Positions 29,561 through 37,789 of a stretch of DNA of 54,492 nucleotides are shown here, piece by piece. The number at the start of each line of letters is the position of its first letter. Position 1 is the first letter of the stretch. The notes under the pieces were generated by a model, which did no database searches, had not been told where the DNA came from, and worked only from the letters and a program-made list of their open reading frames with translations. Source of the stretch: an uncultured Mycoplasmatota bacterium (GTDB taxonomy: Bacteria; Bacillota_I; Bacilli_A; RF39; UBA660); the NCBI GenBank assembly GCA_900547995.1, contig URIY01000003.1, forward strand, positions 1 through 54,492, written 5' to 3'. A program made the translations under genes and the position numbers.

Positions 29561-31312
29561 ATGTTTGGTAAAATAGTTTATATGAATAATAATGTAGCCC
29601 ATATAAAATTAACAAGTGGTATGGATGCTGCATCTAATTTAATGAATATGCATGTTGTTTTTGAAGATCAAGATAGTAAATTTGTTGCTGAAGTTGAAGA
29701 TGTAAGTGAGGATTTGATTAAAGTTATTTTTTTAGGTGAATTTGTAAATAATCGTTTTGTTGGAGGTATTATTCGTAAACCACCACTTACATCTAGTTTA
29801 AGATTAATAAATGAGAGTGAACTTGACCTAATATTAAGTGATAATGAAAATGGCTTTCAAATTGGTATTTCACCACTTTATAATAATCATCCAATTACTG
29901 CAAGTATAAATTCTTTATTTGGTCATCATATGGCTGTATTTGGAAATACTGGTAGTGGTAAATCTTGTTCTTTTGCCAGCATACTACAAAGTATTTTTAA
30001 AGCACCTAATATGCTTCCATATAATGCCAATTTTTTAGTTTTTGATACATATGGGGAATATCGTTATGCTTTTAGGGATTTAAACAAATATAATCCTAAT
30101 TTAAATTTTAAAGTATATACAACTAATAAAAAAGATGGATGTGAATTACTTAGAATACCATTATGGCTTTTAAATGTTGACGATATGGCATTACTTCTTG
30201 GAGCGACAGAACATTCACAATTAACTATCATTGAGAGAATGTTAAAAATTGTATCTATTTTTTCACAATCTGATGAGAAATCAGAAGATTATAAAAATCA
30301 TTTACTTGCTAAAGCCATAATGTCTGTTTTATATTCTAATCAACCAGCAGCTGCTAAAAGAAACGATATTTTTTCTTTGGTATCAACTTGTACAACTAGT
30401 AAGTTTAATCTTGAAGCACCAGTTCCAGGTCTTGGATATGTAAGAAAATTTAGAGAATGTTTTTTAATTAATAGAGAAGGTGGCTTTTCTGAAAGTAATA
30501 TTTTAACTGAATATGTTAGTAGTTTTATAAAAGATGACTTAGATAAATATGATCCTGAAACAACTAATTTTTATACACTTGAAGATTTGGAAAAGGCCCT
30601 TGATTATACGCTTATTTCAGAAGGATTACTTCAAAATGAAAAGGCTTATAGTTCAGCTATTACTCTAAAAGTTAAGTTACATTCTATTGTAATTGGAGAA
30701 TATGCAGATTATTTTAAATATGATAAATATATAAACTTAGATAGTTATGTTGCTAGTCTTGTTAATTGTAATGGAAGAAAAGCTCAAATTGTTGATTTTA
30801 ATTTGGAAGATGTTGATGATTGGTTTGGAAGAGTTATTACTAAAATATATTCACATATGGTATTTGATTTTGTAAAAAAACTTCCTAATCGTGCTTCAAT
30901 ACCCTTTCATATCTTCTTAGAGGAAGCTCATAGGTATGTTCGTAATGATAATGACGCTAATTTAATTGGATATAATATTTTTGAAAGGATTGCTAAAGAG
31001 GGAAGAAAATTTGGTATTATTTTAAGTTTAATATCTCAAAGACCTGTTGAAATATCTGAAACAGTTGTTTCTCAGTGTTCAAACTTTTTAATATTTAGAA
31101 TTAACCATCCAAGGGATATTGATTATATCAAAAGAATGCTTCCAAATATTAATGCTGAAATTGTTGAAAAACCAAAGAGTTTTCATCCAGGAGTATGTGT
31201 AGCTTTTGGTAGTGCTTTTAAAGTACCAGCCATAGTTAAAATACCAATGCCAAATCCAGCACCAGGTAGTTCAAACTGTGATGTATTTGCAAGATGGAAT
31301 GTAAAAAAATAA
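29561..31312 (+). CDS. HerA/DUF87-type (FtsK-HerA superfamily) P-loop ATPase
   Basis: N-terminal HAS-barrel-like segment (MFGKIVYMNNNVAHIKL...HVVFED...FVAEVEDVSEDLIKVIFLGEF). Walker A is GNTGSGKS (29942-29965). Walker B is HIFLEEAH (30908-30931). ISQRP...QCSNFLIFRINHPRD follows. GGGAG RBS. Confidence 0.8.
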   Translation: MFGKIVYMNNNVAHIKLTSGMDAASNLMNMHVVFEDQDSKFVAEVEDVSEDLIKVIFLGEFVNNRFVGGIIRKPPLTSSLRLINESELDLILSDNENGFQIGISPLYNNHPITASINSLFGHHMAVFGNTGSGKSCSFASILQSIFKAPNMLPYNANFLVFDTYGEYRYAFRDLNKYNPNLNFKVYTTNKKDGCELLRIPLWLLNVDDMALLLGATEHSQLTIIERMLKIVSIFSQSDEKSEDYKNHLLAKAIMSVLYSNQPAAAKRNDIFSLVSTCTTSKFNLEAPVPGLGYVRKFRECFLINREGGFSESNILTEYVSSFIKDDLDKYDPETTNFYTLEDLEKALDYTLISEGLLQNEKAYSSAITLKVKLHSIVIGEYADYFKYDKYINLDSYVASLVNCNGRKAQIVDFNLEDVDDWFGRVITKIYSHMVFDFVKKLPNRASIPFHIFLEEAHRYVRNDNDANLIGYNIFERIAKEGRKFGIILSLISQRPVEISETVVSQCSNFLIFRINHPRDIDYIKRMLPNINAEIVEKPKSFHPGVCVAFGSAFKVPAIVKIPMPNPAPGSSNCDVFARWNVKK

Positions 31313-31328
31313 ACAAAAGAGGTGAAGT

Positions 31329-31721
31329 ATGAATATTTCATATGATGATATTAAAACCTATATAAGTAATTGTGATGATATTGAAAAATCAGCTCTTGCT
31401 ATAAAATTTTATAATATAAGTAAAAATTATAAAGATAAAAAAGAAAAAATTAATTTAATAAATATTAAGTCTGCTATTAATCGTATTTCTGAAGTTTATG
31501 AAAAGGAAAAGCAGAAATCAACATATCTTAGAGCAAATTATATTTTCATGAAAAATTTATACAATAATTTTCAAATTGATGATACAGAAAAAATAGATAC
31601 TTTATTATTAATGATTACTATCATGGAAGGATTATTAGACTTAAAGATTAGTTTCCAAGGCTATACAAAAAAGTATTTAGAAGGTATTATAAATAAAAAT
31701 GGAAAGATGAAAAGACTATGA
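31329..31721 (+). CDS. Hypothetical protein (130 aa), second gene of the HerA-like operon
   Basis: AGAGGTGA RBS 16 nt after the ATPase stop. Predicted helical. No family recognised. Confidence 0.6.
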   Translation: MNISYDDIKTYISNCDDIEKSALAIKFYNISKNYKDKKEKINLINIKSAINRISEVYEKEKQKSTYLRANYIFMKNLYNNFQIDDTEKIDTLLLMITIMEGLLDLKISFQGYTKKYLEGIINKNGKMKRL

Positions 31722-33640
31722 ATAGATGGGAATTATTGAGACAAAGTATACAAGAACTAATTCAAAAATATGAGTTAAAACTTTATGATCTTGAAAGTTC
31801 AATTGATGATTGTGAAAAAATAAAATCTTTTCTTGATAGTTATAGTAAACAAAATTATGATATAAATTCTTTACTAAATATATCAAAAAACTCAGTCTTT
31901 AGTGATGAAGTAAAAAATTTAATTGAATTAATAAAGACGGAAATTGTTATTAAAAATTATGCCTTTTTAGAAAAACAATATGATGAGAAACATGCTGAAA
32001 TAGAGAAAAATATTCAAAAACTTCGCTCAAAATATCAACAAACAAATATAAATAATTCAAGGAATAATACATATAAGGAAGAATATGATTTTTATACTAA
32101 AATATACTCAATAATAGGTAATACTGGATTAACAGAAGTATGTTCTTTAGAAGCTCTTGATTTTTTAATTGATAATGTTGAAATGTTAAATATTGATGAT
32201 AAAGAAAAAGAACTTCTAGTACTTGAATTATCACAATCAAATGTTTCTTTAATGAAACAAAATATCGATACAGAGATTAAAAGGAATAATACAATAAAAG
32301 GATATACTAAGGTAATAGAAACTGAAGACAAGAATAGTAATATTACGGATATTGATTATAAATCATACATAGATAATGCAAAGAAAATAATTGAAGCAAA
32401 ACAAAATCTAAATAGTGAAGAAGTTAAACTTATACAATCTCAATTAAAAAAATGTAAGAGTTTTGAAGAAAGAAAAAAACTTTATAGTTCTACTAGTGAT
32501 TTTGATGTTTGTAAATTTGTAATTAGTTGGGATTTAGAAAATAATATTTTAAATAGTTTAAATAATGATAATTATCAGTTATTAATATCTATAATAGATT
32601 ATTATAATGAAATTTGTGAAAGAGAAAGATTAATAAATGAAGTTAATGGTAAAAGTATTTATCAATTACTTGAAGAAAATCACTTTTCTAGGGAATTAGA
32701 TCTTTTTCAAAAAAGTGAAGAAATGTCTAAATTATATAATGATTTTGTAGCCAATAGTTATAGATATGTTATAAATGATGATGAATTAGGTTTAGATAAA
32801 ATTCAAATAATATGTAAAAATTTAAATGATGATATTGGAGTCTTTAAAGTGGCTGTTAAATCTTATTTTGAAAATAATAAAAAAGATATTGAAGAATTTA
32901 ATTTTGGATGTAATTGTTTATTAGAAAAATATAATATGGCTATTGAATACGCTGATACACTAAAGGGTATAATGTCTCAAGACATCTCTAATAATGAAAA
33001 TCAAATACATGACAATACAGAGGATAATTTATTAAACAAAGATAATAAATCCATTTTAATTTTTATTTCAAGTGATGATAATGAAGTTTCGACAATGGAG
33101 AAAAACCTATTTGAAGATAAAGATAGAAGATATGAAAGTTTTGATGCCGTTAAAGACGGTTTAAATAAACTTATGAAAACAGGTGAAATGACAGCCGATG
33201 ACCACAGAGCAAAAACGGACAATTATTCGATAGAGTTTGTTAAAAAGTATCGATTAAAAGGATATAAATGTGGAAATTATCGTATAATTACAACAAGAAG
33301 AAATACTTGTATGGGACAAGTTTTAAAAGATTTTCCTGAAAATGTTTTTGTAAATCTTATTTTTTCAGCAGGTTATGGCGATTGTGGTGGCAGTCAAAAA
33401 GAGGCCGTATTTGATGCTGGATATAAGGAATGTTATGATAATAGAGGTAAAGTTGATGAAATTTTAGAATTAATTAATACTAAGTGGAATGAATTAACTG
33501 ATGATACTGAAAAACAACAAAAACTTACAAGATTAAAAGAAATAATGCATAATAGTCAAAAAATGTATGATCATTTCTTAAATACTAGTAAAGAAATAAA
33601 TGATAGTAGAAGGGGGCATAATTATGAAGGAATTAATTAA
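31718..33640 (+). CDS. Large coiled-coil protein (640 aa) with a possible C-terminal RelE/ParE-like domain
   Basis: The start overlaps the upstream stop (ATGA). About 440 aa of heptad-like, K/E/N-rich sequence. The C-terminal segment ILIFISS...FVKKYRLKGYKCGNYRIITTRR...VFVNLIFSAGYG resembles the RelE/ParE beta-sheet signature. Confidence 0.6.
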   Translation: MNRWELLRQSIQELIQKYELKLYDLESSIDDCEKIKSFLDSYSKQNYDINSLLNISKNSVFSDEVKNLIELIKTEIVIKNYAFLEKQYDEKHAEIEKNIQKLRSKYQQTNINNSRNNTYKEEYDFYTKIYSIIGNTGLTEVCSLEALDFLIDNVEMLNIDDKEKELLVLELSQSNVSLMKQNIDTEIKRNNTIKGYTKVIETEDKNSNITDIDYKSYIDNAKKIIEAKQNLNSEEVKLIQSQLKKCKSFEERKKLYSSTSDFDVCKFVISWDLENNILNSLNNDNYQLLISIIDYYNEICERERLINEVNGKSIYQLLEENHFSRELDLFQKSEEMSKLYNDFVANSYRYVINDDELGLDKIQIICKNLNDDIGVFKVAVKSYFENNKKDIEEFNFGCNCLLEKYNMAIEYADTLKGIMSQDISNNENQIHDNTEDNLLNKDNKSILIFISSDDNEVSTMEKNLFEDKDRRYESFDAVKDGLNKLMKTGEMTADDHRAKTDNYSIEFVKKYRLKGYKCGNYRIITTRRNTCMGQVLKDFPENVFVNLIFSAGYGDCGGSQKEAVFDAGYKECYDNRGKVDEILELINTKWNELTDDTEKQQKLTRLKEIMHNSQKMYDHFLNTSKEINDSRRGHNYEGIN

Positions 33641-35411
33641 TATAATTGAGAAGAAGATTGCTAAATATAATAAACAAATTATATTAAATGAAAATAATAC
33701 TGAAATTTTTTCTTCGATAATAAAAGAATTTAATGATTCATATTTGCCTTCTATAACTATGGAAGAAGCAAATGAAATTAGAAAAAATATGGATTTAACA
33801 ATTGACGAAAGTAACTTGCTTGCTCTTTTACAAAGTATTACCGATGAAAATAGAAATATTATTCTATCTTTGGGTTTGGATAGTAATCAGAAAGATATTA
33901 TAGAACAGTTTAAAAAGAAGATTAATGAACTTGCTATGAAATATAGTAAAGCAAGTATTGATGACATATATACAAATCTTAAAATATATAAAAATTTATT
34001 ATCAAAACTAAATAATAATGATATTAATTTAATTACAGAATTAGATGTAATTTATAGATTAATGGAAGAAAATAATTTTGAATATAGGCAAATTATTGAT
34101 ATATTAAGAAAAGTAAATGGTATGAATAGTAGAATATATGCAAATTATGCCAATAATGACAAAAGTGATATTAATTTATCACAAGAAGATGATATTTGTG
34201 AAGATAATTTAATCTCATACAACAATGATAGAGAAAAAATAATTAGTTTATTTAAAAAATATAATATTGATTTTATGAATTTTGATGAAAATTTACAAAA
34301 TAATATATTGAATTTAGGTAATTATGATGAAATGAATAAAATATTATCTTGTGTATTAAATCATAATGATTTACTAGGTTTTTTAAATTTAAAAGAATAT
34401 GAACAAATTTTATATAGAACTTTATTGTTTTCATCAGAAGAAAAAATTAATGAGGTTATAGAGAGTGCATTAAAAAATAATGTATCTCAAATATTTAAAA
34501 TATATCCAACTATTCTTTATCCAACTATTAAAGATAAAAGTATAAGAACTAAGAGGAATATAGGTGGTTTTCCACATAAATCCTTTGAAAAAACAGGGGC
34601 ACTAAATTATTATTTAGAGAATGTAAAAATATTAGAAGGAATTGGATATCCTATTGATTTAGCATTTAAAAAATGTTCGTCATTTTTTATTCAAAATTCT
34701 AAAAAAGTAAGAGAGAATCTGGCTTATCTTAAGATGTACAACATTTCTATTTATAATGAAGATGGTAGTTTTAAAAGTTTCCTTTCTACCTTAAAAAGTG
34801 ATAATTTAATTGATAATATTGATATATCAATTGAAAATGGTACATATGAATATTGTAAACAAAATCTTTCTAGATTAGGATGGGATATTATTCCTTATAG
34901 AGTAAAATGTAATGAAAAATTAAAAAGAAATCATGATTTGAGAGCTATTGATAACCCATTTATAATATTCAAAAATAAAACAGAAAAACTTGCACTAAAA
35001 TTACCGTTTTATCAAACAAATTCTGAGATTTTTGGAAAAACTAAGGAAGATGTTTTTGCACTATATGATGCCATAAATCATGGTAGTGATGAGACAATTA
35101 TTTATGATGAATTAGTTAGACTAGGAAATATTGATAATATATCTACGATTGCTTTAGATGATGAATATATAATGTATTTAGAAAATAATTATAAAGAAAA
35201 TGAATATATGTATAACATAAATGGTGTAATTGTATCAAGATACAAAGTTCTTAGATATTACTCATCATTAATTAAACAAGATGATATAAATCCGTCAGAA
35301 GATTTAATAATGTATGTAGTTACACTTAATAGTATGCTTGATCAAGAAGAGTTAAATAATGTATATCAAAATATTCATAAAATAACTGAAAAGAGGTTAC
35401 AAATGGCATGA
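33624..35411 (+). CDS. Helical-repeat protein (~595 aa), fourth gene of the HerA-like operon
   Basis: ATG 33624 follows AGAAGGGGG and overlaps the upstream gene by 17 nt. It carries repeated ~35-40-aa helical units (e.g. LNYYLENVKILEGIGYPIDLAF...). Confidence 0.6.
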   Translation: MKELINIIEKKIAKYNKQIILNENNTEIFSSIIKEFNDSYLPSITMEEANEIRKNMDLTIDESNLLALLQSITDENRNIILSLGLDSNQKDIIEQFKKKINELAMKYSKASIDDIYTNLKIYKNLLSKLNNNDINLITELDVIYRLMEENNFEYRQIIDILRKVNGMNSRIYANYANNDKSDINLSQEDDICEDNLISYNNDREKIISLFKKYNIDFMNFDENLQNNILNLGNYDEMNKILSCVLNHNDLLGFLNLKEYEQILYRTLLFSSEEKINEVIESALKNNVSQIFKIYPTILYPTIKDKSIRTKRNIGGFPHKSFEKTGALNYYLENVKILEGIGYPIDLAFKKCSSFFIQNSKKVRENLAYLKMYNISIYNEDGSFKSFLSTLKSDNLIDNIDISIENGTYEYCKQNLSRLGWDIIPYRVKCNEKLKRNHDLRAIDNPFIIFKNKTEKLALKLPFYQTNSEIFGKTKEDVFALYDAINHGSDETIIYDELVRLGNIDNISTIALDDEYIMYLENNYKENEYMYNINGVIVSRYKVLRYYSSLIKQDDINPSEDLIMYVVTLNSMLDQEELNNVYQNIHKITEKRLQMA

Positions 35412-35701
35412 TAGATAATATTGATAAAATAAACATTAATAATGAAGTAAAAGAGAAAATGGTAAATAATCTATCTAATGATATTTTGATTAGCCTTTCA
35501 CTTAATTATATACTTGTTAATCAAAATATAGCATATTTAGAAAGTATAGGTATTAAAAATATTGATTTATTATTATTAAATAGAGAATACCTATTTCTAA
35601 ATGATACTAATTATATAAAAGAAAGTATAGGAAGATTTAATCTATCATCATTTGTGCAATTAATTAATGATGATTATACTATTATTGATGAAGCATTTTA
35701 A
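35408..35701 (+). CDS. Small helical protein (97 aa) resembling one repeat module of the upstream gene
   Basis: ATGA overlap with the upstream stop. LNYILVNQNIAYLESIGIKNIDLL parallels LNYYLENVKILEGIGYPIDLA in the 595-aa protein. Confidence 0.5.
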   Translation: MIDNIDKININNEVKEKMVNNLSNDILISLSLNYILVNQNIAYLESIGIKNIDLLLLNREYLFLNDTNYIKESIGRFNLSSFVQLINDDYTIIDEAF

Positions 35702-35702
35702 T

Positions 35703-35750
35703 AAAAAGGAAAAGATGTTTGCTTGAAATATAGCCTTTTTCTTTTTTTTA
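35703..35750 (+). terminator. Weak candidate terminator after the five-gene operon
   Basis: AAAAGG...CCTTTT has a short stem and a ~24-nt loop, followed by TCTTTTTTTT. Read-through into ffh is plausible. Confidence 0.25.
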
Positions 35751-35775
35751 TTATATAATTATCTTGGTGATAAAA

Positions 35776-37083
35776 ATGTTTGAAAGTTTAAGCGATAGAT
35801 TACAAAATGCTATAAATAAGATAAGAGGATATGGAAAAATAACAGAAGAGAATATTAATGATATAACAAGAGAATTAAGACTAGCGTTACTTGAAGCAGA
35901 TGTAAATTATAAAGTAGTTAAAGAGTTTATTGCAACTGTAAAGGAAAAAGCGTTAGGTGAAGAAGTAACTAAGAGCTTAAAACCAAGTGAAATGTTTATT
36001 AAAATTGTAAAAGATGAACTAGTAGAATTACTTGGTGGTGAAAAACAAGATTTATATACAAGTGGGAAACCGTCTATACTTATGTTAGTTGGTTTGCAGG
36101 GTAGTGGAAAAACAACAACTATTGGTAAACTTGCAAGATTGCTTAGAAAAAAGTATGCCAAAAAGCCTTTACTTGTTGCTTGTGATGTATATAGACCAGC
36201 AGCCATTGAACAATTAAAACAAATTGGTAAGGAATTAAATATCCCTGTATATGATGAAGGTAAAGGAAATCCTGTTACTATATCTAATAATGCTATCGGG
36301 TATGCTAAAGAAAATGGCTTTGATTATGTATTAATTGATACAGCAGGTAGATTACATATTGATGAAGATTTAATGGTAGAACTTCAAAATATAAATGAAA
36401 CTGTACATCCAAATGAAATAATTTTAGTTATTGATAGTATGACAGGTCAAGATGCTATAAATGTTATTGAAGGATTTAATAGTGCCTTAAAATTAACTGG
36501 AGCAATCCTTACAAAATTAGATGGTGATACAAGAGGTGGTGTTGCACTTTCCGTTAGACATTTAACGAATGTACCAATTAAGTTTATTGGTGTTAGTGAA
36601 AAAATGGATGGACTTGAAGAATTTTATCCAGATCGTATGGCAACAAGAATTCTTGGTATGGGAGACTTGATGTCTATGATTGAAAAGGCTGAAGATGTTA
36701 TAGACAAAGACGAAGCCATGAAAGCCGCTAAAAGATTAAATTCTGGGAAATTTGATTTAGAGGACTTTTTAGGTCAATTAAAACAAATAAAAAAAATGGG
36801 ACCACTTGAAAATCTAATAAAATTAATACCAGGGGCATCTAAGATGGGATTAAATAAAGTACAAATTAATCCTAAAGATATGGCACATATAGAAGCTATT
36901 ATTTTATCTATGACACCTGAAGAGAGAAAACATCCTGAAATATTAAAAGCAAGTCGTAAGCAAAGAATTGCTAAGGGATGTGGCAGAAGTGTTGAAGAAG
37001 TTAATCGACTATTAAAACAATTTGAACAAATGAAAGAAATGATGAAAAGATTAAAAAATGGTAATTTAAAAATGCCATTTTAA
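35776..37083 (+). CDS. ffh: Signal recognition particle protein Ffh
   Basis: MFESLSDRLQ N-terminus. GLQGSGKTTT, DTAGRLH and TKLDGDTRGG are present. Met-rich M domain. ATG 35776 follows GGTGA; the track starts at TTG 35764. Confidence 0.95.
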   Translation: MFESLSDRLQNAINKIRGYGKITEENINDITRELRLALLEADVNYKVVKEFIATVKEKALGEEVTKSLKPSEMFIKIVKDELVELLGGEKQDLYTSGKPSILMLVGLQGSGKTTTIGKLARLLRKKYAKKPLLVACDVYRPAAIEQLKQIGKELNIPVYDEGKGNPVTISNNAIGYAKENGFDYVLIDTAGRLHIDEDLMVELQNINETVHPNEIILVIDSMTGQDAINVIEGFNSALKLTGAILTKLDGDTRGGVALSVRHLTNVPIKFIGVSEKMDGLEEFYPDRMATRILGMGDLMSMIEKAEDVIDKDEAMKAAKRLNSGKFDLEDFLGQLKQIKKMGPLENLIKLIPGASKMGLNKVQINPKDMAHIEAIILSMTPEERKHPEILKASRKQRIAKGCGRSVEEVNRLLKQFEQMKEMMKRLKNGNLKMPF

Positions 37084-37147
37084 GGCTAATAACATGTTCA
37101 ATTATATTTATACCTCATATGATAAATGTAGATAAGGGGGAATAAAT

Positions 37148-37414
37148 ATGTTCGGCAGAAATTGTTGTCAAAAACAACCACAAATGATGGGATGTTGTCA
37201 AAGACAACCACAAATGGAACAATGTGTAATGGAACCAACTATTACAAAATGTGTAGAAAAGGAGTTCTATCATGAAGTTCCACATGTTTGCCCAATACAT
37301 ACACACGTTATAAATCGTCATATCTATAATCATAGTTATACTCCACAATATACATGTTCTGAAGAAACACAAGTAAATAATATAGACAATGGTCCATGTT
37401 GTAAATTTGTATAA
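37148..37414 (+). CDS. CotD-family (inner spore coat protein D-like) Cys/His-rich protein
   Basis: EVPHVCPIHTHVINRHIYNHSYTPQY matches the CotD signature as I recall it. The N-terminus has a CCQ[KR]QPQM duplication. RBS is AAGGGGGA. Confidence 0.6.
   Translation: MFGRNCCQKQPQMMGCCQRQPQMEQCVMEPTITKCVEKEFYHEVPHVCPIHTHVINRHIYNHSYTPQYTCSEETQVNNIDNGPCCKFV
37163..37216 (+). repeat. Two 24-nt near-identical units (30-nt period) inside the CotD-like gene
   Basis: TGTTGTCAAAAACAACCACAAATG (37163-37186) and TGTTGTCAAAGACAACCACAAATG (37193-37216) differ by 1 nt. Confidence 0.9.
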
Positions 37415-37423
37415 AAACTTTAT

Positions 37424-37456
37424 AAAAAGATGATAGACGTTTATCTATCATTTTTT
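37424..37456 (+). terminator. Rho-independent terminator after the CotD-like gene; copy A of an imperfect repeat
   Basis: AAAAAG-ATGATAGA-cgttta-TCTATCAT-TTTTT. Confidence 0.75.
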
Positions 37457-37494
37457 GTATTAAATAATAAAATAAAATGAAAAAACAAAAGTAA

Positions 37495-37523
37495 TTGACA
37501 ATTGTATATACAATGTATATACT
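37495..37523 (+). promoter_or_regulatory. Sigma-A promoter of the mazEF-like operon with an embedded palindromic operator
   Basis: TTGACA (37495-37500), 17-nt spacer, TATACT (37518-37523). The perfect 14-nt palindrome ATTGTATATACAAT (37501-37514) fills the spacer. Confidence 0.6.
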
Positions 37524-37546
37524 TATAAATGAATGGAGATGATTAA

Positions 37547-37789
37547 ATGGAAGCAAGAATTCAAAAATGGGGGAATTCAGATGGAATAAGAATTCCTAGT
37601 AGTATTTTAAAATCCTTAAATATAAAAACTAATGATATATTAAATATAGAGAAACAAGATGATAAAATAATTATTAGTATTCCTAAAAAGAAAAAAATAT
37701 CACTTGCTGATAGATTTAAATCATATAAGGGAAAAAATTTGGCTAAAGATTTTGTTTGGGATGAAAGTGTAGGAAAAGAAATATGGTAA
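37547..37789 (+). CDS. mazE: AbrB/MazE/SpoVT-family antitoxin
   Basis: IQKWGNSDGIRIPSSILKSLNIKTNDIL is a swapped-hairpin AbrB-type domain. It lies directly upstream of, and overlaps by 7 nt, a MazF/PemK-like toxin gene. Confidence 0.8.
   Translation: MEARIQKWGNSDGIRIPSSILKSLNIKTNDILNIEKQDDKIIISIPKKKKISLADRFKSYKGKNLAKDFVWDESVGKEIW

Noticed and set aside
29561-35701. Interpreting the HerA-like cluster as part of a prophage, ICE or type IV secretion (VirB4/TraC-like) module.
   Set aside because: There is no integrase, relaxase, coupling protein or phage structural gene nearby, and no membrane components. The N-terminal HAS-barrel-like segment favours HerA over VirB4. This cannot be fully excluded without profile searches.
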